NCBI GenBank assembly: GCA_023396915.1
Contig: JAEWUV010000007.1
Coordinates: 146,077 to 210,076 of the forward strand
Origin: Candidatus Parcubacteria bacterium
GTDB taxonomy: Bacteria > Patescibacteriota > Microgenomatia > UBA12405
Reading direction: 5' to 3'
Length of the DNA stretch: 64,000 nt
Shown one piece after another: positions 18,772 to 27,789 of this stretch. The translations under genes and the position numbers were made by a program. Below the pieces are notes generated by a model, which saw only the letters and a program-made list of their open reading frames with translations, ran no database searches and was not told the origin of the DNA. Position 1 is the first letter of the stretch. Each line of letters begins with the position of its first letter.

Positions 18772-19788
18772 AGCCCAATAAACCCTATAAATCGGATTAA
18801 TTATATAAGTAATTAAAACATTATTTAACTCAGGGAAATCCAATCGTAAACTAAAAAAGGGCAATATTTTTGAATCCGGCACAATCCTACTTTTTTGAAT
18901 TTCCACCCTTCTAGCTTTTATCTTCTCTTTGTTTTTTATCAAAAAATCATATGATTTTAATTTCAAGATAAACCATCCCGTAAACAGTGAATAAACCATC
19001 ATTAATATCTCATTAAAAATTAAAATTGGTAACAACTTTAACAAAGTCCTTTTTTCATAATTTTCAAAAACCATCATCAACCTATTTTTTTCCGAATGAT
19101 ACATTTTACTTTTATTTTTCGAAAAATTGTATTTGTGCCAAATCACTCCATTAGCTGATAAAAAATGTTTATATCCCAACATTAACCCCCTCCACGAATA
19201 ATTTTGATCCTCATTATACATAAAAAAATCTTCATCCAACAAACCAACATTTTCATAATAATCCCGAGAAATTAACATCGCCGTTCCTGAAACTGAAACT
19301 ATTTCCTCATCATTTTTTGGAACTTTTGTTTTTAAATAATTGCCACAATAACCGAAACCCAAATAATGAATAGTATTCCCAATGGTATTTATTTTTCTAG
19401 GCTCACTATAGAGCATCACTGTCGGTTGAATTAAACCAACTTTCTGCTCCTTCGATTTTTCTTTATAAGACTTTATTAAATTCGTTAATAAATTTTTATC
19501 AACTTTTGTATCAGCATTTAAAAGTAAACAAAAATCAGCCTTATTGGCAAAAGCTTGTTTAATTAATTTATTATTACCTCCGGCATACCCGGTATTTTCA
19601 TTAAATTGAAAGGTCTTAACTTTAGGAAAATTTTTAGCAATATATTCTACTGAACCGTCTTTTGAATTGTTATCAGCAAACCAAACCTCGTAATTATCAT
19701 AATTTTGTTTTAAAAGCGACCCAAAACAATCGTCTAAATTTTTCAAATCATTATAACCCAATACCAAAACAAAAACTTTATTTCTCAC
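18751..19788 (-). CDS. family 2 glycosyltransferase
   Basis: VLGYNDLKNLDDCFGSL...FADNNSKDGS. Confidence 0.7.
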   Translation of the reverse strand: MRNKVFVLVLGYNDLKNLDDCFGSLLKQNYDNYEVWFADNNSKDGSVEYIAKNFPKVKTFQFNENTGYAGGNNKLIKQAFANKADFCLLLNADTKVDKNLLTNLIKSYKEKSKEQKVGLIQPTVMLYSEPRKINTIGNTIHYLGFGYCGNYLKTKVPKNDEEIVSVSGTAMLISRDYYENVGLLDEDFFMYNEDQNYSWRGLMLGYKHFLSANGVIWHKYNFSKNKSKMYHSEKNRLMMVFENYEKRTLLKLLPILIFNEILMMVYSLFTGWFILKLKSYDFLIKNKEKIKARRVEIQKSRIVPDSKILPFFSLRLDFPELNNVLITYIINPIYRVYWALVKFIK

Positions 19789-20110
19789 TTTTAACTGAAA
19801 TCTTTCTAACTAATTTCTCTATCTGACTTTCCAAATTTCTTATCTTTATATTATTTTCAATAGTTATATAAGTCAAAACCATAAATGCCAAAATCATTCC
19901 CAAATCCATTACCCGAACAATAAATAATTCTTTTAACAAAGGCTCTAATAATTTTGGAAACAAAGCCATAAAAGCAAATACCCCAAAAATAATAATCCAA
20001 CCAATAAATAATTTCGTCGAAATGTTTTTCTTTTTCCAATGCAAAAACAACGAATAAGTCATAAACAAAGCAAAAGCCAACAAAATTATTTGTAAATAAA
20101 TAATACTCAT
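19778..20110 (-). CDS. small 3-4 TM membrane protein (DUF2304-like GT2 partner)
   Basis: 110 aa, hydrophobic helices, overlaps the GT2 start by 11 nt. Confidence 0.4.
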   Translation of the reverse strand: MSIIYLQIILLAFALFMTYSLFLHWKKKNISTKLFIGWIIIFGVFAFMALFPKLLEPLLKELFIVRVMDLGMILAFMVLTYITIENNIKIRNLESQIEKLVRKISVKSEK

Positions 20111-20742
20111 ATTGTCGCTTTAATATCACCAATAACTACCTGATTTTTAAAGTCATGATATAAACAATTAACAGTATTGTCTTTATCCTTAGTTTTCCCA
20201 GCTAAAATTTTAGATATATTTTTTGCCAATAATTTTTTAGACTTCATATCAGCAATTTCAACTGTATTTCCTTTTAACAAACATTCCACTATCATGTTTG
20301 ACGGTTTTAAAAACAAAGCCGCCATCGGATCCATCCACGGTCTTGTCATATATCTTTGTGAAGTTTTAACAATATAATCATCCCTATAACCAACAAAAGC
20401 TATCGTTCCATTTTTAACTAAAAATTTTCCTAAAACTTTCGCGCATCGACAACTTCTAGCAACTACAACCGACCCTCTCAAATCTATCTTGTTCAACCCA
20501 TCATCTATTAATACTTTATCATCATATCCTGTAATCAAATTATCATAACCATGACCATTCAGAAAAAGCAAACTATGTTTATGTTTTTTATAATAACTTA
20601 ATAAATTATTCCTATTAGCCTTCTTCGACGACAAATCAGTCACGTTAATACCTCTTTTATAAGCTTCGTCTATTACCGACTTCGACCAATAATATAAATA
20701 ATTAGTTCCATAGTCGTGATTTGGTCGGGTTACTAACATCAT
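20107..20742 (-). CDS. hypothetical protein; candidate caspase-like (clan CD) fold
   Basis: Hydrophobic strand + HG (SLLFLNGHG) and, ~44 aa later, hydrophobic strand + small-Cys (VVVARSC). No other recognisable motifs. Confidence 0.25.
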   Translation of the reverse strand: MMLVTRPNHDYGTNYLYYWSKSVIDEAYKRGINVTDLSSKKANRNNLLSYYKKHKHSLLFLNGHGYDNLITGYDDKVLIDDGLNKIDLRGSVVVARSCRCAKVLGKFLVKNGTIAFVGYRDDYIVKTSQRYMTRPWMDPMAALFLKPSNMIVECLLKGNTVEIADMKSKKLLAKNISKILAGKTKDKDNTVNCLYHDFKNQVVIGDIKATI

Positions 20743-20969
20743 AAAGCATTATTCAAGGCTTCATAAAACTTTCCATTAGTTAAATCCGTCATAAATTCAT
20801 TTTGAATTTCAACCATCTTTAAACCCGCTTCAGTTTCATTTTCAATTTCTTTAGTAATAGATTCTTTATTAAAAGAACCATTTCCTCCAATAGTTATCAT
20901 CCAATCGTCATCATAACTCTCAACTTTAGCTAAGACTATCTTTTTTAAATCTGAATCAATTTTTTTCAT
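20739..20969 (-). CDS. hypothetical small protein (76 aa)
   Basis: Translationally coupled (4-nt overlap) within the glycosylation operon. No recognisable motif. Confidence 0.35.
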   Translation of the reverse strand: MKKIDSDLKKIVLAKVESYDDDWMITIGGNGSFNKESITKEIENETEAGLKMVEIQNEFMTDLTNGKFYEALNNAL

Positions 20970-21159
20970 CTTTAACTAAATAATTTAATTTATTTAATAT
21001 TTCCAAACCTTTTTTACCAAGTAAAGTATTGTTATCCACCTCAATTTTTAATACATTCCAAGAAATGGGTTCATCATCAATAACCACAGCTACTTCACTT
21101 CTAACCGGTAATGGTAAATTAGCGTAAGTTCGGTAAAACCTTGTCTTCAAATCAACCAT
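20956..21159 (-). CDS. hypothetical small protein (67 aa)
   Basis: 14-nt overlap with the downstream gene. No recognisable motif. Confidence 0.3.
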   Translation of the reverse strand: MVDLKTRFYRTYANLPLPVRSEVAVVIDDEPISWNVLKIEVDNNTLLGKKGLEILNKLNYLVKDEKN

Positions 21160-21183
21160 AATTAATTATATCATCAACTTCTC

Positions 21184-21855
21184 TTATTTCTCGAAATACC
21201 ATCCAGGGATTTTCAGAAAAATTTTAAAAGAATCAAAAAGAGTCATCCCTTTGTATTTATCAATATAAATTGTATCAATTTTTAGCTCACTAAAGGGAAG
21301 TTTATTTTTCCCCACTTTTGTTGCTATTTCAGTTTCGACTCCATATCGACAAGACTGCCACCTCACTTTTTTATAAACATCTTTTCGTATTGCCATAAAA
21401 CCACAAAGTAAATCTTTTCTCTTGATTTTAAAAAGGTTACCTATAAACCAACCGGCTATTTTATTCCCTGTTCGTCTTATCCAGGGAGCATTTTTATCTA
21501 AAACCCGATAACCAAAAACCAACGGATAGTCATTTAATTTTTTGATAAATTCTGGCAGATACTTTGGATTATGTTGCCCATCGGCATCAATAAAAATTAC
21601 TGCCTCGGCCCCCATCTTCCAAGCAACCTGAGCCCCAGTTTTCATTGCCGCTCCTTTACCCAAATTAATCAAATGACTGCAAACCATTATTCTTTTATTT
21701 TTTTTAAACGCACCTTTTATTCTTTGAAGCGAATTATCACTCGAGCCATCATCAACTACAATTACCCCAAAATTAATCGTTCCTAAAATCTCTTTGATTA
21801 CCTTTACTGCCCTTTCTTCCTCATTATAAACCGGAACCACCACCAAAACTTTCAT
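21184..21855 (-). CDS. GT2 polyprenyl-phosphate sugar synthase (DPM1/ArnC/GtrB-like)
   Basis: MKVLVVVPVYNEEERAVKVIKEI...VVDDGSSDNS, 223 aa, followed by a GT-C gene. Confidence 0.75.
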   Translation of the reverse strand: MKVLVVVPVYNEEERAVKVIKEILGTINFGVIVVDDGSSDNSLQRIKGAFKKNKRIMVCSHLINLGKGAAMKTGAQVAWKMGAEAVIFIDADGQHNPKYLPEFIKKLNDYPLVFGYRVLDKNAPWIRRTGNKIAGWFIGNLFKIKRKDLLCGFMAIRKDVYKKVRWQSCRYGVETEIATKVGKNKLPFSELKIDTIYIDKYKGMTLFDSFKIFLKIPGWYFEK

Positions 21856-23432
21856 TTTTTCAAATCTAATTTATATATTTTACATTCACCCAAGCAACCG
21901 TCGCCCACCTGTTCAAACCTAAAATTCTTTTCTAACTCAAAATAATCTCCATCCAAACCACCATGATAATAAGTCAGATAATAATTAGTTACATAAACTT
22001 CTTTTCCTTTGTCTAACAATTTTTGATATATATCAACTAACGAATCATTACCCTCAAAATATTTATCGATAAAACCCTTACCCAACCCGGAAAACTCTTG
22101 TCTTGGTGATAAAGGTACAAATTTATAATTTCCATTACCAAAATAATTTATATAAAAAGGATTGGTCGCCGTCCCCAAATAAACATCAGTTTTATCCTTA
22201 AAATATTCATTAAAACTTTGTACTGCTACCCAAGTCCAAGGAATTTCATTTTCCTCTAATCGATTGTTTAAAATTTGTCGTTTTAGTGAAGTGGCTTTTC
22301 TTTCATAAAAACCGTTAACCGTTCCTCTGGTCAAAAAATAAACTCCCAAAAACAAAATTAAATAAATATTTTTATTCAATTTGTCTAAAATTACTCCGGC
22401 TCCTAACATAAATAGGGGAATTACAGTTGAAATATATCTCCCCTCCGGATAGCTCATCATCGAATGAAACACTGTTACTGCCAAAATAAGTGCCAATAAA
22501 ATCAAAACCTTTTGTCGATATTTTTTCCAAACTAATCCCACCACCATTCCCACCAAACAAAATATTCCTAACCACTGCTCAATTTGTTGATTGGCAAACC
22601 ACAAATAACTGCCGTTAATTCCCACAAATTCTTTTAAATATATCGGTAAAGTTTTTGAAATAAATTTTATCGAAAAAGAACCACTTGCCGCAGGTAAATT
22701 TTTTATATTAGGTAAAGCCACTTTAACCGCTGCCGCTGTAAAAATAGAAATTAATAAAACACTCAAAACTATCAACTGTTTTTTTGAAAGGTTTTTCCAA
22801 AATTTTGACTTAATTATTTTTACCAAAAAGACTGTACCCAAAACCGCCAAAACCGGGAAACTGGAAATTTTTGTAAAAGCCAACAATCCCATTACTGTCA
22901 AAGTTTGGATAAAAGTAGATATTTTTAAGGGTTTAAACATTAAAATTACTGCCGCCAAAGTTAGTGGAATCAAAATATTTTCCGCCATCAGCAAAGTCGG
23001 CAAATTATAAAAATAAAAATTAGTTACCAAAACTAAACCCAAAGTAAACTGCAAAAACAATTTCCTTTTTTCTAAAAATACTTCTACTAATTTTAAAAAG
23101 AGATAAATGCTTAAAATCCCCAACAATACATTGGCATAGTAATAACACCTGACATCACCCCAAATTTTAAAAAACGGCGCCAAGACTATTCCGTAAAGTG
23201 GGGGGACTATTTTTTTGATTTCAATCCCAAAAGCCTCCATTTTAAAACCATTACCATGAACCCAATTCCACGCCGGCACCGAATAATAATAAACATCGGG
23301 TGATGGCTCTAAATTTGAAATCAAATTATTTGTTTTAAACGGGTTTTTGTAAACCAAAGCCAAATAAACCACCACACAAACCAAAAAACTGATCCCAAAA
23401 CCATATTTCTTTAAAAACTTCGCCACAGTCAA
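21852..23432 (-). CDS. GT-C fold membrane glycosyltransferase (ArnT/PMT-like)
   Basis: 526 aa, more than 10 TM helices, coupled to the polyprenyl-P sugar synthase. Confidence 0.55.
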   Translation of the reverse strand: MTVAKFLKKYGFGISFLVCVVVYLALVYKNPFKTNNLISNLEPSPDVYYYSVPAWNWVHGNGFKMEAFGIEIKKIVPPLYGIVLAPFFKIWGDVRCYYYANVLLGILSIYLFLKLVEVFLEKRKLFLQFTLGLVLVTNFYFYNLPTLLMAENILIPLTLAAVILMFKPLKISTFIQTLTVMGLLAFTKISSFPVLAVLGTVFLVKIIKSKFWKNLSKKQLIVLSVLLISIFTAAAVKVALPNIKNLPAASGSFSIKFISKTLPIYLKEFVGINGSYLWFANQQIEQWLGIFCLVGMVVGLVWKKYRQKVLILLALILAVTVFHSMMSYPEGRYISTVIPLFMLGAGVILDKLNKNIYLILFLGVYFLTRGTVNGFYERKATSLKRQILNNRLEENEIPWTWVAVQSFNEYFKDKTDVYLGTATNPFYINYFGNGNYKFVPLSPRQEFSGLGKGFIDKYFEGNDSLVDIYQKLLDKGKEVYVTNYYLTYYHGGLDGDYFELEKNFRFEQVGDGCLGECKIYKLDLKK

Positions 23433-23464
23433 TTCTAGCCTAAGTAATAATAATATCCAATAAT

Positions 23465-24238
23465 TTAGATGACTACTTCCAAATCATCCATAGCCACAAA
23501 CGAACCTGAAAATATTTTTTTGGCCAATTTTTCAGTTTTCTTTTTTAATTCAATCGAAGAATAGACGCTAGCATCAAAATGAGTCAAGGCTAATTTTTTG
23601 ACACCCTGTGCGGCTGCCATTTCTGCTACTTCAATTGGCGAACTATGACCCCAAGCATTAGACTCAGGTGCTTTCAAAAAACTACATTCATGAATCAGCA
23701 AATCAGCATTTTTTGATAATAATTCGTCATTTTTACATACGGCCGTATCACAACAATAAGTCAAAATCTTACCATCTAAATTTATTCTAAAACCAAAAGT
23801 CTCGTCTGCGTGAAACAATTTTTTGACTGTAAAAGTAAAAGGGGATTTATACTCGCCTTCTTTAAAAGATTGAAATTTAAAATTCGTAAATAATTCTTTT
23901 GGATTGGCAGTAAAAGGACTATCTAAAAAATTTTGCAACTTATCTACATACACTTCCGGACAATAAATACTTAAATCCAATTTTCCCTTTAATTTTGCCA
24001 ACGTATGCAAGCCTTCGATATGGTCAATATGAAGATGGCTAATAAACAGATAAACCGGTTTATCAAAATTGACATAACGACCAAGTTTAGACAAACCATT
24101 TCCGGCATCAAACACTAAATTAAATTTATCTGTTTCTACAAAGGTAGAAATTGTATTACCCGTTTCAGTGTCATACCAACCATTAGTCCCCAAAAAAATT
24201 ATTCTCATAATAGTCAATTTTACCCCATCTAAAAGCAT
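23465..24238 (-). CDS. MBL-fold metallo-hydrolase (RNase Z/beta-lactamase superfamily); real start probably the ATG at 24206-24208
   Basis: LFISHLHIDHIEGL (HxHxDH motif). Confidence 0.7.
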   Translation of the reverse strand: MLLDGVKLTIMRIIFLGTNGWYDTETGNTISTFVETDKFNLVFDAGNGLSKLGRYVNFDKPVYLFISHLHIDHIEGLHTLAKLKGKLDLSIYCPEVYVDKLQNFLDSPFTANPKELFTNFKFQSFKEGEYKSPFTFTVKKLFHADETFGFRINLDGKILTYCCDTAVCKNDELLSKNADLLIHECSFLKAPESNAWGHSSPIEVAEMAAAQGVKKLALTHFDASVYSSIELKKKTEKLAKKIFSGSFVAMDDLEVVI

Positions 24239-24302
24239 TTTTTCAATTTAAATGTTATAATCCCTATCCCAAGGTAACAGCACCTTGAGCACACATTAAA
24301 AT

Positions 24303-24308
24303 AGGAGG
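24303..24308 (+). promoter_or_regulatory. Shine-Dalgarno AGGAGG 10 nt upstream of the 24319 start
   Basis: Read directly from the sequence. Confidence 0.5.
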
Positions 24309-24318
24309 AAACATTTCA

Positions 24319-24549
24319 ATGGCAAAAGGACGACTTACATCCTCGGACCGACTCTGCCGAACCGCCATATGGTATTATGGCAACAACTGTTGGACAGTAC
24401 GTAAACTATCTGAACTTACCGGGTTCTTAGTAAGAGACATACTATCTGTAATCCAAAAAAATCCACAGGACTACCAAGAAAACAAAGGCAAGATTTCCAC
24501 GTATCAGGTAAAAAACCCAGAAAAATACCTTATCCCGGAAAACAATTAG
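24319..24549 (+). CDS. small winged-helix/HTH-like protein (paralog 1 of 3)
   Basis: CWTVRKLSELTGF aligns with the W-x-T-x-x-E/K-I/L-A-K-K motif of the next two ORFs. Lies in a GC-rich island. Confidence 0.45.
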   Translation: MAKGRLTSSDRLCRTAIWYYGNNCWTVRKLSELTGFLVRDILSVIQKNPQDYQENKGKISTYQVKNPEKYLIPENN

Positions 24550-24589
24550 AGACTAATTTCCTAAAAAATAAAACAGGAGAGTCTAAAAA

Positions 24590-24865
24590 ATGTCGACTTA
24601 CCCAAAAACTTTTCTAGAAAGCAGCGACGATTATACACTCACTACATTGGATCTATGTCTCAAAGTTGTCCGGTTACACAATCCATGGCTGACTCCGCAA
24701 GAGATGGCCAAAAAAACAGAGTTACAAGGGCACGAAGGTAGAATCAACTTTTTAGTCAGTCACTATGATTACCCTTTTCAGAAAAGGATTAGAAACGGTA
24801 TTGCCGAATATCGGTTAATAGACGCTAATCAATTTAGGAAAAGGAGACGTAGTCGCTGTGTTTAA
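24590..24865 (+). CDS. small winged-helix/HTH-like protein (paralog 2 of 3)
   Basis: LHNPWLTPQEMAKKTE, basic C-terminal tail RKRRRSR. Confidence 0.5.
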   Translation: MSTYPKTFLESSDDYTLTTLDLCLKVVRLHNPWLTPQEMAKKTELQGHEGRINFLVSHYDYPFQKRIRNGIAEYRLIDANQFRKRRRSRCV

Positions 24866-25067
24866 TAAATTTTTGAAAAGAATTTTTTCCCGGCAAAGAA
24901 ATAAAGACCACTATGAACTTTTCCATGTCATTTCTGATCATCCATGGATGACAGCGGAACAAATTGCCAAAAAATATTTTAAAGGAGACATTGAATGGGT
25001 AAATTTAATGACAGAACGCTATCATCTACATTTAGTCCGCAGCAATAGTCTCCACCGCCACAGGTAA
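24858..25067 (+). CDS. small winged-helix/HTH-like protein (paralog 3 of 3)
   Basis: SDHPWMTAEQIAKKYF, basic tail. Confidence 0.5.
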   Translation: MFNKFLKRIFSRQRNKDHYELFHVISDHPWMTAEQIAKKYFKGDIEWVNLMTERYHLHLVRSNSLHRHR

Positions 25068-25087
25068 ATACCCCTCCTAAATTCACG

Positions 25088-25141
25088 CCGGCAGGTTAGT
25101 GCGCATTCGCTCACTTATAAAATCCTGCCGGCCCTTTTTTT
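25088..25141 (+). terminator. rho-independent terminator (GCCGGCAGG...CCTGCCGGC + CCCTTTTTTTACC)
   Basis: 9-bp perfect inverted repeat at 25088-25096 / 25125-25133, followed by a T7 run. Confidence 0.55.
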
Positions 25142-25209
25142 ACCTTTACACATAATATTTTATTATTCAAACTCTAGCCAAAAATACACTCCTACATTAA
25201 AATAGGTAT

Positions 25210-26934
25210 ATGGACGGAGAAAGCCGCTATCAACCCGGAAAAAACACTGCCAAAGAAAAACAACCAGAAACAGTGTCAAAATTCAATACTGAAATCCAAA
25301 GTCTCATTGATCAAAAGCCTTTTGAACCAAGAATAGAACAACTTGCACTTATGGATCTACAAAAAGGACTTAAAACATATCGAATTGATGGAAAGACTGC
25401 CCCCACTTTATCCCTTTGGAATATGGCTTCAGAAACAGAAAAGATAAATGGAAACAACTTAGTTAGTGTAGGAATAAAAAAACATGGAAGATTAATTCAA
25501 AAGGCAGCAATTTATATCGCCAACAGGGTCAAAGATGGAACTATTACATTAGGGATGGACAGAGCCCAAATCTTTTCAGAACAATTATTCAACTATGGTA
25601 AAAGTTTAAATGAAGGTAGGTCAAATACCAGAACAACACCATTCGAGCAAATAGTTGAAAAAGAAGAGCTTGATCAACAACAAAGCCAAATAATCGAACA
25701 TTTATTAGGTATCGATACTTTTTTAGAAACACCAACCAGCCAAAATGATATTGAACTACAAAGAAAATCAATACTAAGAAAATTTTTTATTTCTGTCGGG
25801 GATAATCAAAGAAACATGGCCGTATTATCACAAGATTCAGATATTGTCCAAGATCAATATCAAGCTAACCAAATAATAGAAGCTATCAAAATAGCCATTG
25901 AAAAACCAGCCAGAGAATTAGAAGGTAGTATCATTCTACAGGGAATAAAACAATCACAAGAAACTATGTCATTAGTACCTTTACATGTAAAGGAGTTTTT
26001 TGACTGGCTTGGAATAAAAACAGAAGGTCTCTTTTGTTCCTTAACCATACCAAAATATAGAAGTAAACTTGAAAAGCATCGTAATAATATAGATCTTTCT
26101 AATGAAAAAATCGGAGAAAAAGAAATATCAACCGCAAAAAAAATTAGAAACGCTACTACCATTCTCACTGGTAAAGAAAGAGCCAAAAATCATAATCGAA
26201 TTCATAAGCCAACCAATAAAGAATATCATGTTCTAGCCACCACCTCAGGTGCTATCTGGATGCAACAGGCTGGAATAAATTGTGCCATTGCAAATATCCC
26301 TGACGCTTCTGGTATATTTTTTATGACCACCGACGGTAGAGTCTTTTCAATGGATATGACCAATCCAACAAAAACCTTTGATGTAACTGAAAATGTTCAA
26401 AACTCCCCATTGTTTAAACAATCTCTCAAAGCTGAAGGATTAAGAATGAGAAACCCAAAACAAACCGGTGAAAAAGCATATCTGACACTATATCCTCCAA
26501 AAGACGGTCGAAGGATTTTAACCCTTTTTAATAAAGCTATCGAATATCGAAATGCACCTCCTATAGAAGGAAAAGATCGCAATCACGCTATGGACAAATT
26601 TCGAAATTATCAATTATCTATCAAAACTTTTGAAAAAATTATTACTCCTAATCTCCAAGATGAAGATATTTGGTATCAATATGCTGTAACCCTTATGAAA
26701 AGTGTTACTGATGAACAGTTTAAAAATACAAATATAATATCAAACCAAAACAAAAATTATTCTCTTCAAAAAGCTATCGACGCCTTTTTTCAAACCACTC
26801 AATTAAATCATAACAACCACCAAGCGTATACTCATATTGCTGAAATTCTTGAAATGAATTCTCTTGACCAAGAGGCAGCCAAATTCCGTAAACAAGCAAG
26901 AGAAGCAAAGAAAAGGCAAAAACTCGTCGCCTAG
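25210..26934 (+). CDS. hypothetical 574-aa soluble protein in GC-rich island; function unknown
   Basis: Long ORF whose GC content is clearly higher than the flanks. No recognisable catalytic motifs. Helical, repeat-like C-terminus. Confidence 0.5.
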   Translation: MDGESRYQPGKNTAKEKQPETVSKFNTEIQSLIDQKPFEPRIEQLALMDLQKGLKTYRIDGKTAPTLSLWNMASETEKINGNNLVSVGIKKHGRLIQKAAIYIANRVKDGTITLGMDRAQIFSEQLFNYGKSLNEGRSNTRTTPFEQIVEKEELDQQQSQIIEHLLGIDTFLETPTSQNDIELQRKSILRKFFISVGDNQRNMAVLSQDSDIVQDQYQANQIIEAIKIAIEKPARELEGSIILQGIKQSQETMSLVPLHVKEFFDWLGIKTEGLFCSLTIPKYRSKLEKHRNNIDLSNEKIGEKEISTAKKIRNATTILTGKERAKNHNRIHKPTNKEYHVLATTSGAIWMQQAGINCAIANIPDASGIFFMTTDGRVFSMDMTNPTKTFDVTENVQNSPLFKQSLKAEGLRMRNPKQTGEKAYLTLYPPKDGRRILTLFNKAIEYRNAPPIEGKDRNHAMDKFRNYQLSIKTFEKIITPNLQDEDIWYQYAVTLMKSVTDEQFKNTNIISNQNKNYSLQKAIDAFFQTTQLNHNNHQAYTHIAEILEMNSLDQEAAKFRKQAREAKKRQKLVA

Positions 26935-26944
26935 ATATGGAAAG

Positions 26945-27028
26945 GGGTCGCGACGTTGGTACGGGAAAGTAGGGGGCGGCAAGCATACGCTAGCCACATC
27001 TATCTTCCGACACAACGTCACGACCCGC
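26945..27028. other. GC-rich (~55% GC) structured non-coding segment with a 14-bp imperfect inverted repeat enclosing ~55 nt
   Basis: GGGTCGCGACGTTG (26946-26959) pairs with CAACGTCACGACCC (27014-27027). No ORF; lies between convergent genes. Confidence 0.4.
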
Positions 27029-27168
27029 AATCCGCAGAAAACCTTTTAAGATAACCAATAATAAGCCACCAGCGCCGCCAGACACACACCGACCGAGACC
27101 AAAAATACAAGCAGAACTCGAAGGGTTCCCCTACAGTCTTCTTTTTTTTCCTCTTGTGATCTTTTCAC

Positions 27169-27789
27169 CTAAACACCTCCTTCAACGTCTTCCCAAGTGG
27201 AAAAATATTTTGGCTTGACTGACTCATAATTATAAACGGCCTTTATAATTCCAACAATCGTGCGTATATCTTGCAACGAAACACCATAAATAATATACGC
27301 AGGATTAATCGCCGCCATAATCTTACATGAACGCACATCAACCCAAAACATAGTCAGAGTGTCCATCTCAAAATCTTTGTCGTATAAGGATCTAATCACT
27401 TCGTCATCTTGATTAAGAAGCAATGTGTCCCCCAAGATAAGCGACCCATAAGGAGCTGATTCTTTTGCCCCTTGCGGCACGTATTTTCCAGAATATCCAC
27501 AAGAGATCAGCAGATTGACAGGATCAATTTCATGATGCAGACTTTCTTGAAACTCAGTCAAGGGTAACCACCCCAGTCCAGCATCAAATCCCGTTCTCAC
27601 CTTAAGGCTCTGCAAAAGCCCAACATGGACGATTGCAAAAAATCCCAAAAGAAGAAAAGCATAAACAAGATAGGATAAAACCCTTAAAAAAAACTTTTTA
27701 ATTGGGCCATCCTCCTTCTTAACTTCAGCCTTCTGGGGTTCCTTGGGTTCTTGGGGGACAGCATAGGGGTTAGGTTTCATAATTTTCAT
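27169..27789 (-). CDS. membrane-anchored hypothetical protein (single TM, ~150-aa extracytoplasmic domain)
   Basis: Start chosen at the ATG preceded by AAAGGAGA (MKIMKPNPY...); the longer ORF to 27882 begins with TTG. TM FFLRVLSYLVYAFLLLGFFAIV. Confidence 0.5.
   Translation of the reverse strand: MKIMKPNPYAVPQEPKEPQKAEVKKEDGPIKKFFLRVLSYLVYAFLLLGFFAIVHVGLLQSLKVRTGFDAGLGWLPLTEFQESLHHEIDPVNLLISCGYSGKYVPQGAKESAPYGSLILGDTLLLNQDDEVIRSLYDKDFEMDTLTMFWVDVRSCKIMAAINPAYIIYGVSLQDIRTIVGIIKAVYNYESVKPKYFSTWEDVEGGV

Noticed and set aside
26864-27049. ORFs 26864-27049 (+), 26774-26986 (-) and 26803-27030 (-) in the GC-rich intergenic stretch
   Set aside because: They overlap or are antisense to the 574-aa gene end, have no RBS, and the high GC suppresses stop codons. 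They are likely non-coding.
27100-27140. Possible tRNA 3' fragment (T-arm-like CCTTCGAGTTC on the minus strand) marking an integration site at the island edge
   Set aside because: Flanking bases cannot form a T-stem or acceptor stem. The match to GGTTCGAGTCC is only 8 of 11. There is no CCA end.
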